Assembly: GCA_964575955.1 (NCBI GenBank)
Contig: CAZNTG010000006.1
Span: 416,001 to 480,000, forward strand
DNA length: 64,000 nt
Origin: an uncultured Thermoproteaceae archaeon
GTDB lineage: Archaea > Thermoproteota > Thermoprotei > Thermoproteales > Thermocladiaceae
Direction of reading: 5' to 3'
This document shows positions 52,490-63,277 of the stretch, piece by piece (positions within the stretch are counted from its first letter, which is position 1; each line of letters starts with the position of its first letter). The notes under the pieces were generated by a model, which did not search any database, had not been told where the DNA came from, and saw nothing but the letters and a program-made list of their open reading frames with translations. A program made the position numbers and the translations under genes.

Positions 52490-52552
52490 ATTGTATAGTA
52501 TAGCTTCGCTCCTATATATATCTGTGGGATTATCATGTTCTTGAATGTGTGG

Positions 52553-53248
52553 TTAGATCAGTTTTGTCTGTTTTAGAGCTTTAATTATTCTATCTGGGTA
52601 GTCTGATGCTACCATGTCAACTCCAAACTCTAACACTCTCTGTAGATCATGTTCATCATTTATGACCCATGTACCAACTTTCATACCTAAATTATGAGCT
52701 TCTTCTACAAGCTCTTTATCAAGCATATCATATCTTGGCAATATTATGTCTGGTTTTTCATGTTTAAACATATCTTCAAGACTTATAGGTCTACATACGA
52801 AAATTGCACCAAACATATATCCTCTATCTTTTACATTTTTAATAATTTTATGGTGAAATGATACAAATATAATTCTATTCTTCTCTATACCATATCTAGA
52901 TACTATATCTAATACCTTATCTACAGTGTCTGGCTCCTTTATTTCAATTATAATTTTAACATTCTTATTCTTTAAAACTTCTAATGCTTCTTCTAATGTT
53001 GGAATCCTCTCTCCCCTTATAGAGAATTTTCTAATAAATTCAAATGTTCTATCTCTAAGTCTTCCATGAATTTTTAATAGTCTGTCTAGTTTTTCATCAT
53101 GGAATAGTACGATTACTCCATCTTTAGTCATTCTAACATCAAATTCTACAGCATCAACACCCATCTCAATAGCCTTCTTAATTGATACTAGCGTGTTTTC
53201 AGGATAGTAACCACAGGCACCTCTATGACCTATGACTAGAGGTCTCAT
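52553..53248 (-). CDS. Glycerophosphodiester phosphodiesterase
   Basis: GHRG..PENT, EFDV, HD, IEIK, SDYP; start at MRPLV (53248) preferred. Confidence 0.92.
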   Translation of the reverse strand: MRPLVIGHRGACGYYPENTLVSIKKAIEMGVDAVEFDVRMTKDGVIVLFHDEKLDRLLKIHGRLRDRTFEFIRKFSIRGERIPTLEEALEVLKNKNVKIIIEIKEPDTVDKVLDIVSRYGIEKNRIIFVSFHHKIIKNVKDRGYMFGAIFVCRPISLEDMFKHEKPDIILPRYDMLDKELVEEAHNLGMKVGTWVINDEHDLQRVLEFGVDMVASDYPDRIIKALKQTKLI

Positions 53249-53282
53249 AGTACTATTTAAACAACAATTATTCAATATATTA

Positions 53283-53546
53283 ATGTCTATGCCTGTAACT
53301 ATAAGAATTGAAGGTCCTGAATATTACATATACACATTGAGGTCTTGGCTTAAAGAAGTTGAAGATTTTATTAAAGAGATGACCTGTATAGATGAGTTAA
53401 ACGTTATAGAGTTAGTAGGAGATCAAGTTAGGATATATGTAGATAGTAAGCTAGTATTTGAAGGACTTCCAGATGCTGAGTGGGCTTTAGCTGAAATATT
53501 GATACATGAGTTGAAGAGTATGGGTTATGAATGTGAGAGTGAATGA
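53283..53546 (+). CDS. Small hypothetical protein
   Basis: About 87 aa, divergent from the GDPD gene; IYVDSKLVFEGLP. Confidence 0.6.
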   Translation: MSMPVTIRIEGPEYYIYTLRSWLKEVEDFIKEMTCIDELNVIELVGDQVRIYVDSKLVFEGLPDAEWALAEILIHELKSMGYECESE

Positions 53547-53595
53547 TCAGCTCGTGGAATCTTCCTCAACATTCGGCGTGAATACGTTTCATCAT
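53547..53595 (-). ncRNA. C/D box sRNA, probable 16S rRNA guides
   Basis: ATGATGA-AACGTATTCACG-CCGA-ATG-TTGAGGA-AGATTCCACGAG-CTGA; first guide is complementary to conserved 16S GUGAAUACGU. Confidence 0.88.
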
Positions 53596-53657
53596 AACTA
53601 TCTAGTAAGACATATATAGTTAGTCTTATATACCCTCACACTCACCACATAATAAGC

Positions 53658-54119
53658 ATGCCAACATTTAAACTAGTACTTGCAGATCCAATGTCTGGAA
53701 AATCTAGACAATTTGAAATTAAGGATCCAGTAGCACAGAGATTTATAGGTTTAAAAATTGGTGATATTGTTGAAGCATCAATACTTAAAGGTGTTATAGA
53801 TCTACCTCCTGGATTTAAAATTAAGATTACAGGAGGAAGTGGTTATGAAGGTGCACCAATGCTACCATACATTGAAGGTCCCGTAAAGAAGTATGTACTA
53901 CTAAGTGGACCTCCAGGTTTTCATCCAAGAAAGAGAGGTGAAAGAAGGAGAAAGCTTGTTAGAGGTAATACGATAAATGAGCAGATAGTGCAGATAAATG
54001 CTGTATTAATATATCCACCAAACTGGAAAGAAGGACCAATATTTCCACTTGGTGAAAAAGAGCTTCAGAAAGTCTTAGAGAAATTGAAGGGAGGTTCCGA
54101 GAAGGGTGAAGAGCAGTAA
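53658..54119 (+). CDS. rps6e: 30S ribosomal protein S6e
   Basis: FKLVLADP, IGLKIGD, ITGGS, GERRRKLVRGN, QIN. Confidence 0.96.
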   Translation: MPTFKLVLADPMSGKSRQFEIKDPVAQRFIGLKIGDIVEASILKGVIDLPPGFKIKITGGSGYEGAPMLPYIEGPVKKYVLLSGPPGFHPRKRGERRRKLVRGNTINEQIVQINAVLIYPPNWKEGPIFPLGEKELQKVLEKLKGGSEKGEEQ

Positions 54120-54159
54120 AAATCACACTTATTAAATCTAGAATAGTATACTTAGTCTA

Positions 54160-55407
54160 GTGGTATATACAGTATTGAAACCTGAAGTATGTTATAGATG
54201 TAAGACATTTAAAAAGCTCTGTGGCTTACCTAGCTGTCCAATAAAGGAGAGATTGAAGGTTGTTATAAAGACTTTCACAAAAATATCTACAAACAGCGTA
54301 GTACTAGGAAGTACACCTCCAAGTGGTGTTGTTGGAGAATTTAACTATCCGAAAGTAAACATATACACAGGAATATCACCAGATAAGGATAGAGATGTAA
54401 AATTTTTAGAAGATCCTCAAAGATGGTGGTTAAACAACCTTTCTCTAGATGATGTTGTTAAAATTAGATCAAGTATGATATCAATATTAGATAAAAATGT
54501 AGACGTACATGATGTAGATAAATTGTTAAGTAGAGAGATATCTCTAATTCAAATATCTTCAAAACCTGTTGATTGTGATGTATTTATAGAGAAGATACTT
54601 GATAAGAACATGATATTTGATCTAAAACTACTACCTCTAAGTGTTAGAGTTTTAGGAAATATTAAAATATCTTCAAATCCAAAGATTGAGAGAAGTTTAG
54701 AGAAAGTTATATATGATACAGACCTTAAAGCAAGAGATGCTGTTATTAAATTGTATAGAGATGGTATTGATATATACATTATACAGAAAGCTTTTAGCTT
54801 TGGACTACTTGGAACTAGAAGATTTAGAAAGCTAGTACCTACAAGATGGGCTATAACTGCAGTTGATAGAATAATATCTCAATACCTTAGAAATACTATT
54901 ACAAAATTCGAATTTTTAGATAAGTTTAAATTTTATCAAATAACATATATGAATAATAGATTTACAGTAATAATGATACCAGGATCATTAAAAATTTCAT
55001 GGCTAGAATTCTGGTATCCAAGATTAGGAATTGATAGTGGTGTTAAGAAAAGTCCAACTCTATCAGTACAGATTGAGGAAGATCTAAAAGGCAATGTTGA
55101 GACTATGGATGGAGGTTTTGAAGCTGCTAGAATGGGAATATTAGAGACACTATATAGAAGAAGAGTACAGTGTAGAGTAATAATAGTTAGAGAAATACTA
55201 CCTGAATACTATATTGGTATTGGAAATTGGCATATTAGAGAAGATATGAGAAACATAGTTAACATAAAACCAATATTATCAACATATAATATTGATGAAC
55301 TTATCAAAACTATAAATGAAAAACTTCCAAAAGAGATAGCTAGCGTTGTAGTGAGAAATGTTAGAAAATTATATTCTCAAAAATCTATACTAGAAACATT
55401 ATGGTAA
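54160..55407 (+). CDS. nreA: Nre-family DNA repair protein
   Basis: CYRC..LCGLPSCP, GSTPP, KLVPTRWAITAVD, C-terminal PIP-like QKSILETLW. Confidence 0.9.
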   Translation: MVYTVLKPEVCYRCKTFKKLCGLPSCPIKERLKVVIKTFTKISTNSVVLGSTPPSGVVGEFNYPKVNIYTGISPDKDRDVKFLEDPQRWWLNNLSLDDVVKIRSSMISILDKNVDVHDVDKLLSREISLIQISSKPVDCDVFIEKILDKNMIFDLKLLPLSVRVLGNIKISSNPKIERSLEKVIYDTDLKARDAVIKLYRDGIDIYIIQKAFSFGLLGTRRFRKLVPTRWAITAVDRIISQYLRNTITKFEFLDKFKFYQITYMNNRFTVIMIPGSLKISWLEFWYPRLGIDSGVKKSPTLSVQIEEDLKGNVETMDGGFEAARMGILETLYRRRVQCRVIIVREILPEYYIGIGNWHIREDMRNIVNIKPILSTYNIDELIKTINEKLPKEIASVVVRNVRKLYSQKSILETLW

Positions 55408-56357
55408 AGATACTACCTGCATTTGAATGTGAAAATAGGATAGTTGATATATGTGTTGAAGAGTTGAATAATGATAAGCTTATAGTACTACCAACAGAGA
55501 CAGTATATGGAATTACTATAAAAATAAACTCAAAAAACATAGAATCCCTATACAGGATAAAGGGTAGACACGAAAGATTTACAATACATATATCACATAT
55601 AGACGATCTTAAGAATTTTGGAATAATAATTAAAGATAAGTATGTAGACATTATCGAAAATATAACACCAAATCCAATAACTTTAATAGTAGAAGATATT
55701 AACAACAACAAGATTGGTATTAGAGTTCCTGACATAGAGTTAACCAGAGATATACTAAGCAGAGTAGGACCATGCTATATGCCTAGTGCAAATCTAAAAG
55801 ATAATCCAAGTCCAACAAATATATATCACGTAATTGAAGATCTTTCAGAATATGTAGATCTGATAGTTGACTACGGTGAAGCTAGGTATGGTATTGATTC
55901 AACAGTTATAGATTTAACAAAAACTCCACATAAGGTATTGAGAATTGGAGCATTTACACCAGACAAATTGAGAGAGTATTTCAATAATATTGAAATTGAT
56001 GAAAGAATTTTAAAAATGAAACCTCTAGATAAGAAATATTTGAAGAATATTGAAGTATACGGATTTAAGAATATTGATAAAGTCTTTAGAATTTTAGATA
56101 AGTATGAGAGATGTATAATAGTATGTACATTAGAGACATATTACAATAATGTTGAGAAGTTTAGAGGTAATGTAGATTTCTACATCTTAGGTTCAATAGA
56201 GAATCCATTAACACTTTATAGAAATGTATATCCATCTTTCAGATACATTATGAAGAAAAGTCCTGATAAAGTATTTCTAGAATTACTACCTGTTGAGGAT
56301 GTTTTCCTACCTGTAATTGAGAAGTTTTTAAATGCTGTTAATTATATTCTTGAGTAG
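55401..56357 (+). CDS. sua5: Threonylcarbamoyl-AMP synthase Sua5
   Basis: PTETVYG, IKGR, IRVPD, PSAN, STVID, LRIG. Confidence 0.9.
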   Translation: MVKILPAFECENRIVDICVEELNNDKLIVLPTETVYGITIKINSKNIESLYRIKGRHERFTIHISHIDDLKNFGIIIKDKYVDIIENITPNPITLIVEDINNNKIGIRVPDIELTRDILSRVGPCYMPSANLKDNPSPTNIYHVIEDLSEYVDLIVDYGEARYGIDSTVIDLTKTPHKVLRIGAFTPDKLREYFNNIEIDERILKMKPLDKKYLKNIEVYGFKNIDKVFRILDKYERCIIVCTLETYYNNVEKFRGNVDFYILGSIENPLTLYRNVYPSFRYIMKKSPDKVFLELLPVEDVFLPVIEKFLNAVNYILE

Positions 56358-57074
56358 TTACGTTCTTGGTGGTCCTTGTAATATTCTATTTAATTGTGCT
56401 AGAAAATCATTTACAACTATCTCAAGTATTTGTTTACCCTTCTCCTTATCTAAATCTCTAGTTAATCTTCCAATTATACCAATATCTGAGATTTCCTTAG
56501 TTCTATATAATTTTAATGATCCTTCTCTAACAATATCAACTATTCTTTCAAATTTTACAAGTTCTTCATTTATTGTCATTATCATGTATGTTTCTACAAG
56601 TCCTGCATGTTCTACATATACATCTCCAAGTAAATCTCTCAATTTTCTCTTAACTCTCTCATTTAGTACATAGTAGTGATATGTTTTGATACTATTTCTA
56701 TAGTTTAACGTTCTTGCTACAAGATCTAGAATTTCACAATTACCTCCATGTCCATTAACTAGTACTACTCCTCTAGGTGAACATGTCTCTATTATTGACT
56801 CTACAATATCTTCAATATATCTCATAAATGTTCTTGGAAGTACGTATATAGTTCCTGGAAAGTCTTTATGCTCCATAGAGCAGGTGTAGTATATTGGTGG
56901 TAGTACTAGTACTGTATCTCCAAGTACTCTCTCAGCTATTGAACATAGATATTCTGCAATTATAGTATCACAAGTATATGGTAGATGAGGTCCATGTTGT
57001 TCAACACTTCCAATAGGTATCAATACTAGTCTATTTGGAGTGAAGTCTAGAAGTGTCATATTTTCAAGTCTCAC
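56358..57074 (-). CDS. Creatininase family amidohydrolase
   Basis: GSVEQHGPHLP..D, EH..FPGT, NGHGGN, HAG..ET. Confidence 0.9.
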   Translation of the reverse strand: MRLENMTLLDFTPNRLVLIPIGSVEQHGPHLPYTCDTIIAEYLCSIAERVLGDTVLVLPPIYYTCSMEHKDFPGTIYVLPRTFMRYIEDIVESIIETCSPRGVVLVNGHGGNCEILDLVARTLNYRNSIKTYHYYVLNERVKRKLRDLLGDVYVEHAGLVETYMIMTINEELVKFERIVDIVREGSLKLYRTKEISDIGIIGRLTRDLDKEKGKQILEIVVNDFLAQLNRILQGPPRT

Positions 57075-57199
57075 TATGATGCACCTACTATGAGGATTTT
57101 TAAGAGATATTTAGAGGAGATTTAAATATGTCACTTGAATACTTAATCTAGAGTACTTTTCAAGTAGCATACTTTTAAATCATCGTAGCATCATAGAAC

Positions 57200-57631
57200 A
57201 TGATTCGAATAGCAATAGCAACAGACGATGGAAACATAGTATCCAACAGGATGTTTACAGTAGCTAAGATGTTTAAGATATATGACATGGATGAGGAGAA
57301 GGGAACATTAACATTTGTTGAAGATAGAAAGAATGCATTAGCAACATCTCAAGAAGTTTCAAATATGCCTGAAGAAGAGTATTGTAAACTTCTTCATGAG
57401 AAAGTTCTAAACGATATTAATGTAATAATTGGAACAGTATGCACAAGATTAACATACTACTACTTCCTATCTAACAATGTTCAAGTTCTCTTTGTTGAGA
57501 GAGATACACCAATATCAATGGTTGAGGAATATCTTAGAAGAGTTGCAGAAGAGATAAGTAAGGAATTGAAAGCACAGAGTGGAGGTTATAGTGAGGAAGA
57601 GTTTGAGAGTGAGGAAGAGGAAGGATATTAA
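57200..57631 (+). CDS. NifX/NifB-like domain protein with acidic tail
   Basis: [18 protein letters not shown]; [12 protein letters not shown] tail. Confidence 0.72.
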   Translation: MIRIAIATDDGNIVSNRMFTVAKMFKIYDMDEEKGTLTFVEDRKNALATSQEVSNMPEEEYCKLLHEKVLNDINVIIGTVCTRLTYYYFLSNNVQVLFVERDTPISMVEEYLRRVAEEISKELKAQSGGYSEEEFESEEEEGY

Positions 57632-58629
57632 TCATAACCAAACTCTCTTCTAAGTTCTATAGAAGCTTTAACAATATTTCTCAATTTTTCTAAAGCAATT
57701 TCTCTAGGAAGTCTCTTCAAACCACAGTCAGGATCTAGATAAATCTTTTCAGGACCTACAATATCGAGTTTCAATAATCTATATACAGCATCTTTAATCT
57801 CTTCAACAGTCTCTACACGTAGTGTATGTACATCAACAACACCAAATCCAAGCTCCTTATTATATCCATACTCTTTCAAATATGGTAATAGTCTAAAGTT
57901 ACTATTCTTAAATTCAAAATCGAATTGATCTACAGGATAGTCTAGAAGGTATGGTATTATCTTTTCAATTTTTCCAAAACATATATGGACTATCTTCTTA
58001 CAGTCTAATCCATGTAGCATCTCTTTAAGAACATCTTTCAAAATCTCTACTTCCTCCTTCACAGGTCTTGTAGATAGTGCTGGTTCATCAACTTGAACAA
58101 ATTTTGCACCTCTCTTAACAGCTTCCTCAATCTCTACTCTGAGAGCTTTAGCAATATCAAACATTAATTCTACTCTATCTCTATAGTATAGATTAAAACT
58201 CCAATCAACAATTGTGTATGGTCCTGTAAGTATGAATTTTACAGGTCTTCCATCACTGACACTTTTTGCAAATTCCCAATCTTCAATAATCATTTTACAA
58301 CAATACTCAACCTTATCTACAACTATAGGCTTTCTGAAATAGACATTGTCAAATATTCTAACCCAATCACCTACCTTATACCCTTTCATTCTCTCTACAA
58401 AGAATACAACCATATCTTCTCTTGTCTGTTCACCATCACTAATTATGTCGATACCTGCAGTGATGTAGTCTTGAACTACCTTCCTAATAGCTTCTCTACA
58501 AATATTTCTAAACTCCTCCTCACCAATAAGACCTCTCTTTCTCTTCTCTATAGCTTCTTGAGCTTCTGGAAACTTTGGATAACTACCAACTACAGTTGTT
58601 ATGAATGCTTTTGGTAATCTATAAGTCAT
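57628..58629 (-). CDS. metE: Methionine synthase, MetE catalytic half
   Basis: [33 protein letters not shown] zinc ligands. Confidence 0.93.
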   Translation of the reverse strand: MTYRLPKAFITTVVGSYPKFPEAQEAIEKRKRGLIGEEEFRNICREAIRKVVQDYITAGIDIISDGEQTREDMVVFFVERMKGYKVGDWVRIFDNVYFRKPIVVDKVEYCCKMIIEDWEFAKSVSDGRPVKFILTGPYTIVDWSFNLYYRDRVELMFDIAKALRVEIEEAVKRGAKFVQVDEPALSTRPVKEEVEILKDVLKEMLHGLDCKKIVHICFGKIEKIIPYLLDYPVDQFDFEFKNSNFRLLPYLKEYGYNKELGFGVVDVHTLRVETVEEIKDAVYRLLKLDIVGPEKIYLDPDCGLKRLPREIALEKLRNIVKASIELRREFGYD

Positions 58630-59600
58630 GACTTAGATAATTCCTCTAAAATCCTTAAACCATATCGTCCTAATAGTCTAGTCTTCTCAATAGCATATTC
58701 TAATGGTATTAATTCAAAACTTGAAGATGTTGTTAATGCACCAATCTTTCTATCAGAAACTATCTCAAGAACTTTATCTACAATCTTCTTAACATATTCA
58801 TAATCTTCACATTTAATATCTCTACCATCAATAATACCTAAACCAAGTCTTGAACCTTCAGGCTTAACATCCCTCAAAACTTGAAATGTTCTATCTGTAT
58901 ATTCTACAAAGCTTATACATACAAGATCTACAGAAGTGTCAAATATTCTCTTTAACACACTACTCTTAGGAACATTGAAATATATTGATAGTATAACTCT
59001 ATCATAAACCTTCTTCAACTCTCTAACACATCCATCCAATACGTCTAGAAACTTCTCATCAAAATCAGGATCTGCAACATATGGTTCATCAATCTGTAAA
59101 AATTCAGGCTTTATACCACCAATCTCAACATCAAGAATGTATAATCTAGATATTGAGTAAGCTAGCTCTACCTTATCTAGATCGGTTTTAGACATATTAA
59201 CAAATGTTATAGGTCCTGGAACACTTATCTTAACTGGTTTATAATGTACAAACTTCTTAAGTAATCTACATCTTGTAGATATTACACATCTCTGTATATC
59301 TGGCTCTTCTACAAATACGGGAATTCTATAGAAGAAGTTATTGTCAAAATATCTCAATAGACCATCATAGTATACTCCTCTCCAAGATTCTACGAAGGGT
59401 CTAAATATGTCATGAAAATCTATCTGTGGATCTTGAATTATGGTCATATTTGAACCATCTTGAACACCACAGAGATATGCTAGATCTTCAATTAGAGATG
59501 TGTAATATTCTATATATGTTAGTTTACCTTCATCAAAATCTCTTATAGTTTTTCTAAATTTAGAACTTCTAGAATATCCTCCAAGTATGAATATTTCCAT
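58626..59600 (-). CDS. MetE N-terminal-like half (split MetE partner)
   Basis: [29 protein letters not shown]; zinc ligands absent; overlaps metE by 4 nt. Confidence 0.8.
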   Translation of the reverse strand: MEIFILGGYSRSSKFRKTIRDFDEGKLTYIEYYTSLIEDLAYLCGVQDGSNMTIIQDPQIDFHDIFRPFVESWRGVYYDGLLRYFDNNFFYRIPVFVEEPDIQRCVISTRCRLLKKFVHYKPVKISVPGPITFVNMSKTDLDKVELAYSISRLYILDVEIGGIKPEFLQIDEPYVADPDFDEKFLDVLDGCVRELKKVYDRVILSIYFNVPKSSVLKRIFDTSVDLVCISFVEYTDRTFQVLRDVKPEGSRLGLGIIDGRDIKCEDYEYVKKIVDKVLEIVSDRKIGALTTSSSFELIPLEYAIEKTRLLGRYGLRILEELSKS

Positions 59601-59636
59601 ACTCTAGACCATGTTAAGAATATTCTAAAGTATTTT

Positions 59637-61145
59637 CTAGTACTTCCACTTAATTACTGTGTATAGTGTCTCTTGTGCAGGACCTTCTTCAACTATCTTA
59701 TAGAATTCTGCTCTACAGTATAGACATCCTGGATCATCTGCTAGTGGATCTCCAAAGTATGAGAATGCTCTTGCTCTACAACCACCACAGATATCTCTAT
59801 ATTTACATCTTGAACATACATTTCCCGTGAATGTTCTTCTATCTCTAAACTTATTCATTAATTCATCATATTTCCAAATTTCGTAAAAGCTCTTTTCACG
59901 TATATTACCTCTAGGTATTGGCATGAATACGCATGGTGTTACTGTTCCATCTGGCTCAACTGCACAATATACACGACCTGCACCACAACCTCCAATAAAT
60001 TCTACAGCTGCTTTATATATTCCAAGTTTTAGAGCAGGTACGAAGTGTGTTGGTGCTGCAAGTTCTCCCTGAGTTTCTTGTAGTATTACTCTACCATATT
60101 GTGGTGCTGTTGTAACTATTTCAATTTTCCTTCTCCTAGTCTCTCTTGCTAATAATTTTAGAAATTCTTCCCTCTCTTCAGGTGTTAAATCAATCTTATA
60201 ATTATCTCTACCTCTACCAACAGGTACGAAGTTGAAAAATACTATACGTCTAACTCCAAGATCTTCAGCAAGATCTATCATATTTTCAATATCATCAATA
60301 TTGAACTTTGTTACTGTTGTTGCAATAGCTGTGAAAAATCCCTCTTTAACACAATTTTCTATTCCTTTAACAGTCTTCTCCCATGCACCTGGAACACCTC
60401 TAAACTTATCATGTATCTCAGGCTTTGAATGATCAAGACTAATCTCTACATATCTCATACCTGCCTTCTTCATCTTCTTAACAAAGTCTGAATCTGCTAA
60501 TGCTATTCCATTTGTAGCAACTGCAGCATACATTCCACGTCTAGATATCTCTGCAACAATATCTAGGAAGTGTGGATGTATTGTTGGTTCACCACCACTG
60601 AGAGCTACTCCACATACAAACATCTTATCAAGCTCGTCTATAAGCTTCAACTTCTCTTCAAGTGTGAGTTCTCTAACTTCAGCACCTGCACGTTGATAAC
60701 AGTGTATACATCTTAAATTACACATATTTGTAAAATTCCAAACTATGAAGAATGGTGCTTCAAATGGTAATGGTATTGTTAATCCATTTAGAGCAATAGT
60801 CCTAAATACCAACAATACACCTCTCCTCGTTGCAGGATCTGCTAATAACTCTTTAGCAAATTTATCATCTGTCTTCAATAATGCTAATGCAAATCTCATC
60901 CATGCAGAAAATACTTCACTGACAAACCTGGCTATAGGAGGTAAACCACCTCTAACAACTCCAGCAAAATATGCTAAACATATATCTAAGAGAGGTCTTT
61001 TCTCACCATTAATCTCAACCTCTTTTAACAATGCTTTAATTATTCTCCTGGTTGCTCTATTACCTAAGAAAAGTCTGAAGAAGGCAAGAACACCAGATAA
61101 ACCATGCTTACTATCTCTCTCAATCTTCAAATTACTCACAGTCAC
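59637..61145 (-). CDS. Radical SAM/SPASM domain protein
   Basis: CNLRCIHC, SGGEP, GCGAG..PC, CSRCKYRDICGGCRA, DPGC. Confidence 0.92.
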   Translation of the reverse strand: MTVSNLKIERDSKHGLSGVLAFFRLFLGNRATRRIIKALLKEVEINGEKRPLLDICLAYFAGVVRGGLPPIARFVSEVFSAWMRFALALLKTDDKFAKELLADPATRRGVLLVFRTIALNGLTIPLPFEAPFFIVWNFTNMCNLRCIHCYQRAGAEVRELTLEEKLKLIDELDKMFVCGVALSGGEPTIHPHFLDIVAEISRRGMYAAVATNGIALADSDFVKKMKKAGMRYVEISLDHSKPEIHDKFRGVPGAWEKTVKGIENCVKEGFFTAIATTVTKFNIDDIENMIDLAEDLGVRRIVFFNFVPVGRGRDNYKIDLTPEEREEFLKLLARETRRRKIEIVTTAPQYGRVILQETQGELAAPTHFVPALKLGIYKAAVEFIGGCGAGRVYCAVEPDGTVTPCVFMPIPRGNIREKSFYEIWKYDELMNKFRDRRTFTGNVCSRCKYRDICGGCRARAFSYFGDPLADDPGCLYCRAEFYKIVEEGPAQETLYTVIKWKY

Positions 61146-61225
61146 GTTAAATATCTATGTCATCTAATACATAAATTTGACATCATGCAAACATCATGAC
61201 CTAGAGATGTAGATTCATGGAAATC

Positions 61226-61948
61226 CTACAAACCTGACATTAAGATATCGCAGAGTGGCTTAATCTTCCTCTTTAACTTATCTAGAAGTTGACTACTATG
61301 AGCTTCAGGTAAGACATCTTTTAAAACATCTTTAAAATATGAAAGTTTTGAAACTATATTATTCATATTTAGGTAGAGATCTGCAATTTTATTAAAATTA
61401 CCACTCTTAATATCGTATATCAGTAGTAGAGTATTAATTAGAGAATCTAGAAGATCTATATGACCAGCCTCTACAAGCTTCTTAAGTAGGTATATCACAT
61501 TTATACGAATAAGATTACCCTCCTCTAACCTAGCTTCTAGATATGTATATAGTTTATACGCATTAGTTATCTGTACACATTGCACATTCTTAGAATCATA
61601 CTCATCAAGCATGTATGTTTCAGACTTATCTAAGTATAGTGTACCTTTCTTCAAAACTATGTATAAGTCAACTCTAAGAAGATCATCATCATCATAAATT
61701 CTAATTCTCTTCTCATTATTTACTAAAAATTTCTTAATAATTTTCCAAATCTTTCTAATCTTACTATACCTATCCTGTCTATCTATCATAACTACACTTG
61801 AGGAAAAGCATGGCACATCTATACAATGTAGACCCCTCTCTGCACAGTATAGTGCTTGTCTACGTACTATACATGCAATATACCTAACTACATCTGCTTC
61901 AGTAATCCTATCTCTAAGTATGAAGTTACTACAATCACCATTAATCAT
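61226..61948 (-). CDS. Hypothetical protein
   Basis: 240 aa ORF. Confidence 0.7.
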   Translation of the reverse strand: MINGDCSNFILRDRITEADVVRYIACIVRRQALYCAERGLHCIDVPCFSSSVVMIDRQDRYSKIRKIWKIIKKFLVNNEKRIRIYDDDDLLRVDLYIVLKKGTLYLDKSETYMLDEYDSKNVQCVQITNAYKLYTYLEARLEEGNLIRINVIYLLKKLVEAGHIDLLDSLINTLLLIYDIKSGNFNKIADLYLNMNNIVSKLSYFKDVLKDVLPEAHSSQLLDKLKRKIKPLCDILMSGL

Positions 61949-62016
61949 CTTTTACACTATCTTCAGGAAGGAAGTTTAAAAGTTGTAATTTTGATATATT
62001 TATCACAGTCTGAATG

Positions 62017-62583
62017 TTAGGATAAGTCTTCTAATGTTCTAGCCATAACATATGCATCTTCACCATCATGATAGTACTTCTTTATTATATTTACAACTGT
62101 AAATCCAAGTTTTCTATATAGATTTATAGCTGGTTCGTTAGATACTCTAACTTCTAAATATACTTCAGATGCACCATACTTATGCTTTAATACTCTTAAT
62201 GCTCTCAGAAGCATATTATATGCAATTCCAATCCTTCTAGCATGTGGTAAAACTCCAATCGATATTACATGACCTTTCCTCACAGGTTTACCAACTTTAA
62301 AGTATGACCAGCCATACTCAACTCTACACATTACATATCCAACAACCTCACCATCAATTTCAGCAACAATAAACGCTTTTGGATGTGTTAAATAGTGATC
62401 AACAAAGAAGAATGGTGGATAATTTTCTGGTAGTACTCTCCTATTAATAGATACTACCTTATCTAGATCTTCCATTTTAAACTCTCTCAATTTAAATATC
62501 CTCCCATCTTTACCACGAATAAGTTCTTCTCCTTCTAGTGCAGTTGTGGTATCTTTAATACCTTCCTGAAGCACAACTATCAT
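62017..62583 (-). CDS. N-terminal acetyltransferase (Ard1/RimI family)
   Basis: LPENY, GHVISIGV..RRIGIA, LEVRVSN, YYHDGEDA. Confidence 0.93.
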   Translation of the reverse strand: MIVVLQEGIKDTTTALEGEELIRGKDGRIFKLREFKMEDLDKVVSINRRVLPENYPPFFFVDHYLTHPKAFIVAEIDGEVVGYVMCRVEYGWSYFKVGKPVRKGHVISIGVLPHARRIGIAYNMLLRALRVLKHKYGASEVYLEVRVSNEPAINLYRKLGFTVVNIIKKYYHDGEDAYVMARTLEDLS

Positions 62584-62664
62584 ATTTCTATCTAAAACAT
62601 CTTTTAAATATGTATCTACACACTCTCAACATAGTTAAACACGAATTATCACAATACTACTAGA

Positions 62665-63174
62665 CTACTCTTCAATTACTCTACATAGCATATATGTGAC
62701 TAGTAAGTAGACTATTCCTAACATTAGTAGTAGTATCAGTTGTCCTTTTCCTCTAAATATCAAGTCTCTAAGTACTAGACCTATCAATCCTACATGAGGT
62801 ATTACTAGCGTTACAACACCTCTAATCTCTCTATTATTTATAAGCCATGGATCAGGAATTGGATTTGCATCACCTTTAGTTCTAATAAACACTACATGTC
62901 CTCTAACTATCTTCTCATATACTCTATGTACAATCTCTATACTCTCACCATGCATTTTCAATATGTATACAATGACCTGTCCTACATGTATCTCAGTTAT
63001 TGGTGTCTTCTGTAAAACTACTATATCTCCAATATCTAATGCTGGAACCATACTATAACTTCCAACTACAGCCCACGGTACTCCAAGTCCTGAATATTGT
63101 GATACTATGTAGTACGCTAGGAGTAGCACTATTACTATTAGTATTACTAGTTCTACTACGGTTCTCTTCTCTAT
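62665..63174 (-). CDS. sec11: Signal peptidase I (Sec11 type)
   Basis: SYSMVP, GD, IVHRV, TKGDAN..D; the hydrophobic frame extends from GTG 63129 up to 63174; start uncertain. Confidence 0.88.
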   Translation of the reverse strand: MEKRTVVELVILIVIVLLLAYYIVSQYSGLGVPWAVVGSYSMVPALDIGDIVVLQKTPITEIHVGQVIVYILKMHGESIEIVHRVYEKIVRGHVVFIRTKGDANPIPDPWLINNREIRGVVTLVIPHVGLIGLVLRDLIFRGKGQLILLLMLGIVYLLVTYMLCRVIEE

Positions 63175-63277
63175 CTATAAATCACCTCTAGACATGTCTA
63201 GATGAGAAGTTTTTCACATTTACTCAATATAGAGAAAGGTTTTTATAGAAGTGGAGTCTCATGTAGTATACGAGAAC

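Noticed and set aside
57628-59600. Split MetE as a novel system
   Set aside because: Two-gene MetE is already known in archaea
56358-61145. Creatininase + radical SAM/SPASM as a mycofactocin-like RiPP cluster
   Set aside because: The genes are separated by metE and a NifX-like gene, and no precursor peptide ORF was found nearby
61193-61237. Possible C/D sRNA ATCATGA...CTGA
   Set aside because: Imperfect box C, no convincing D'/C' boxes, AT-rich guides
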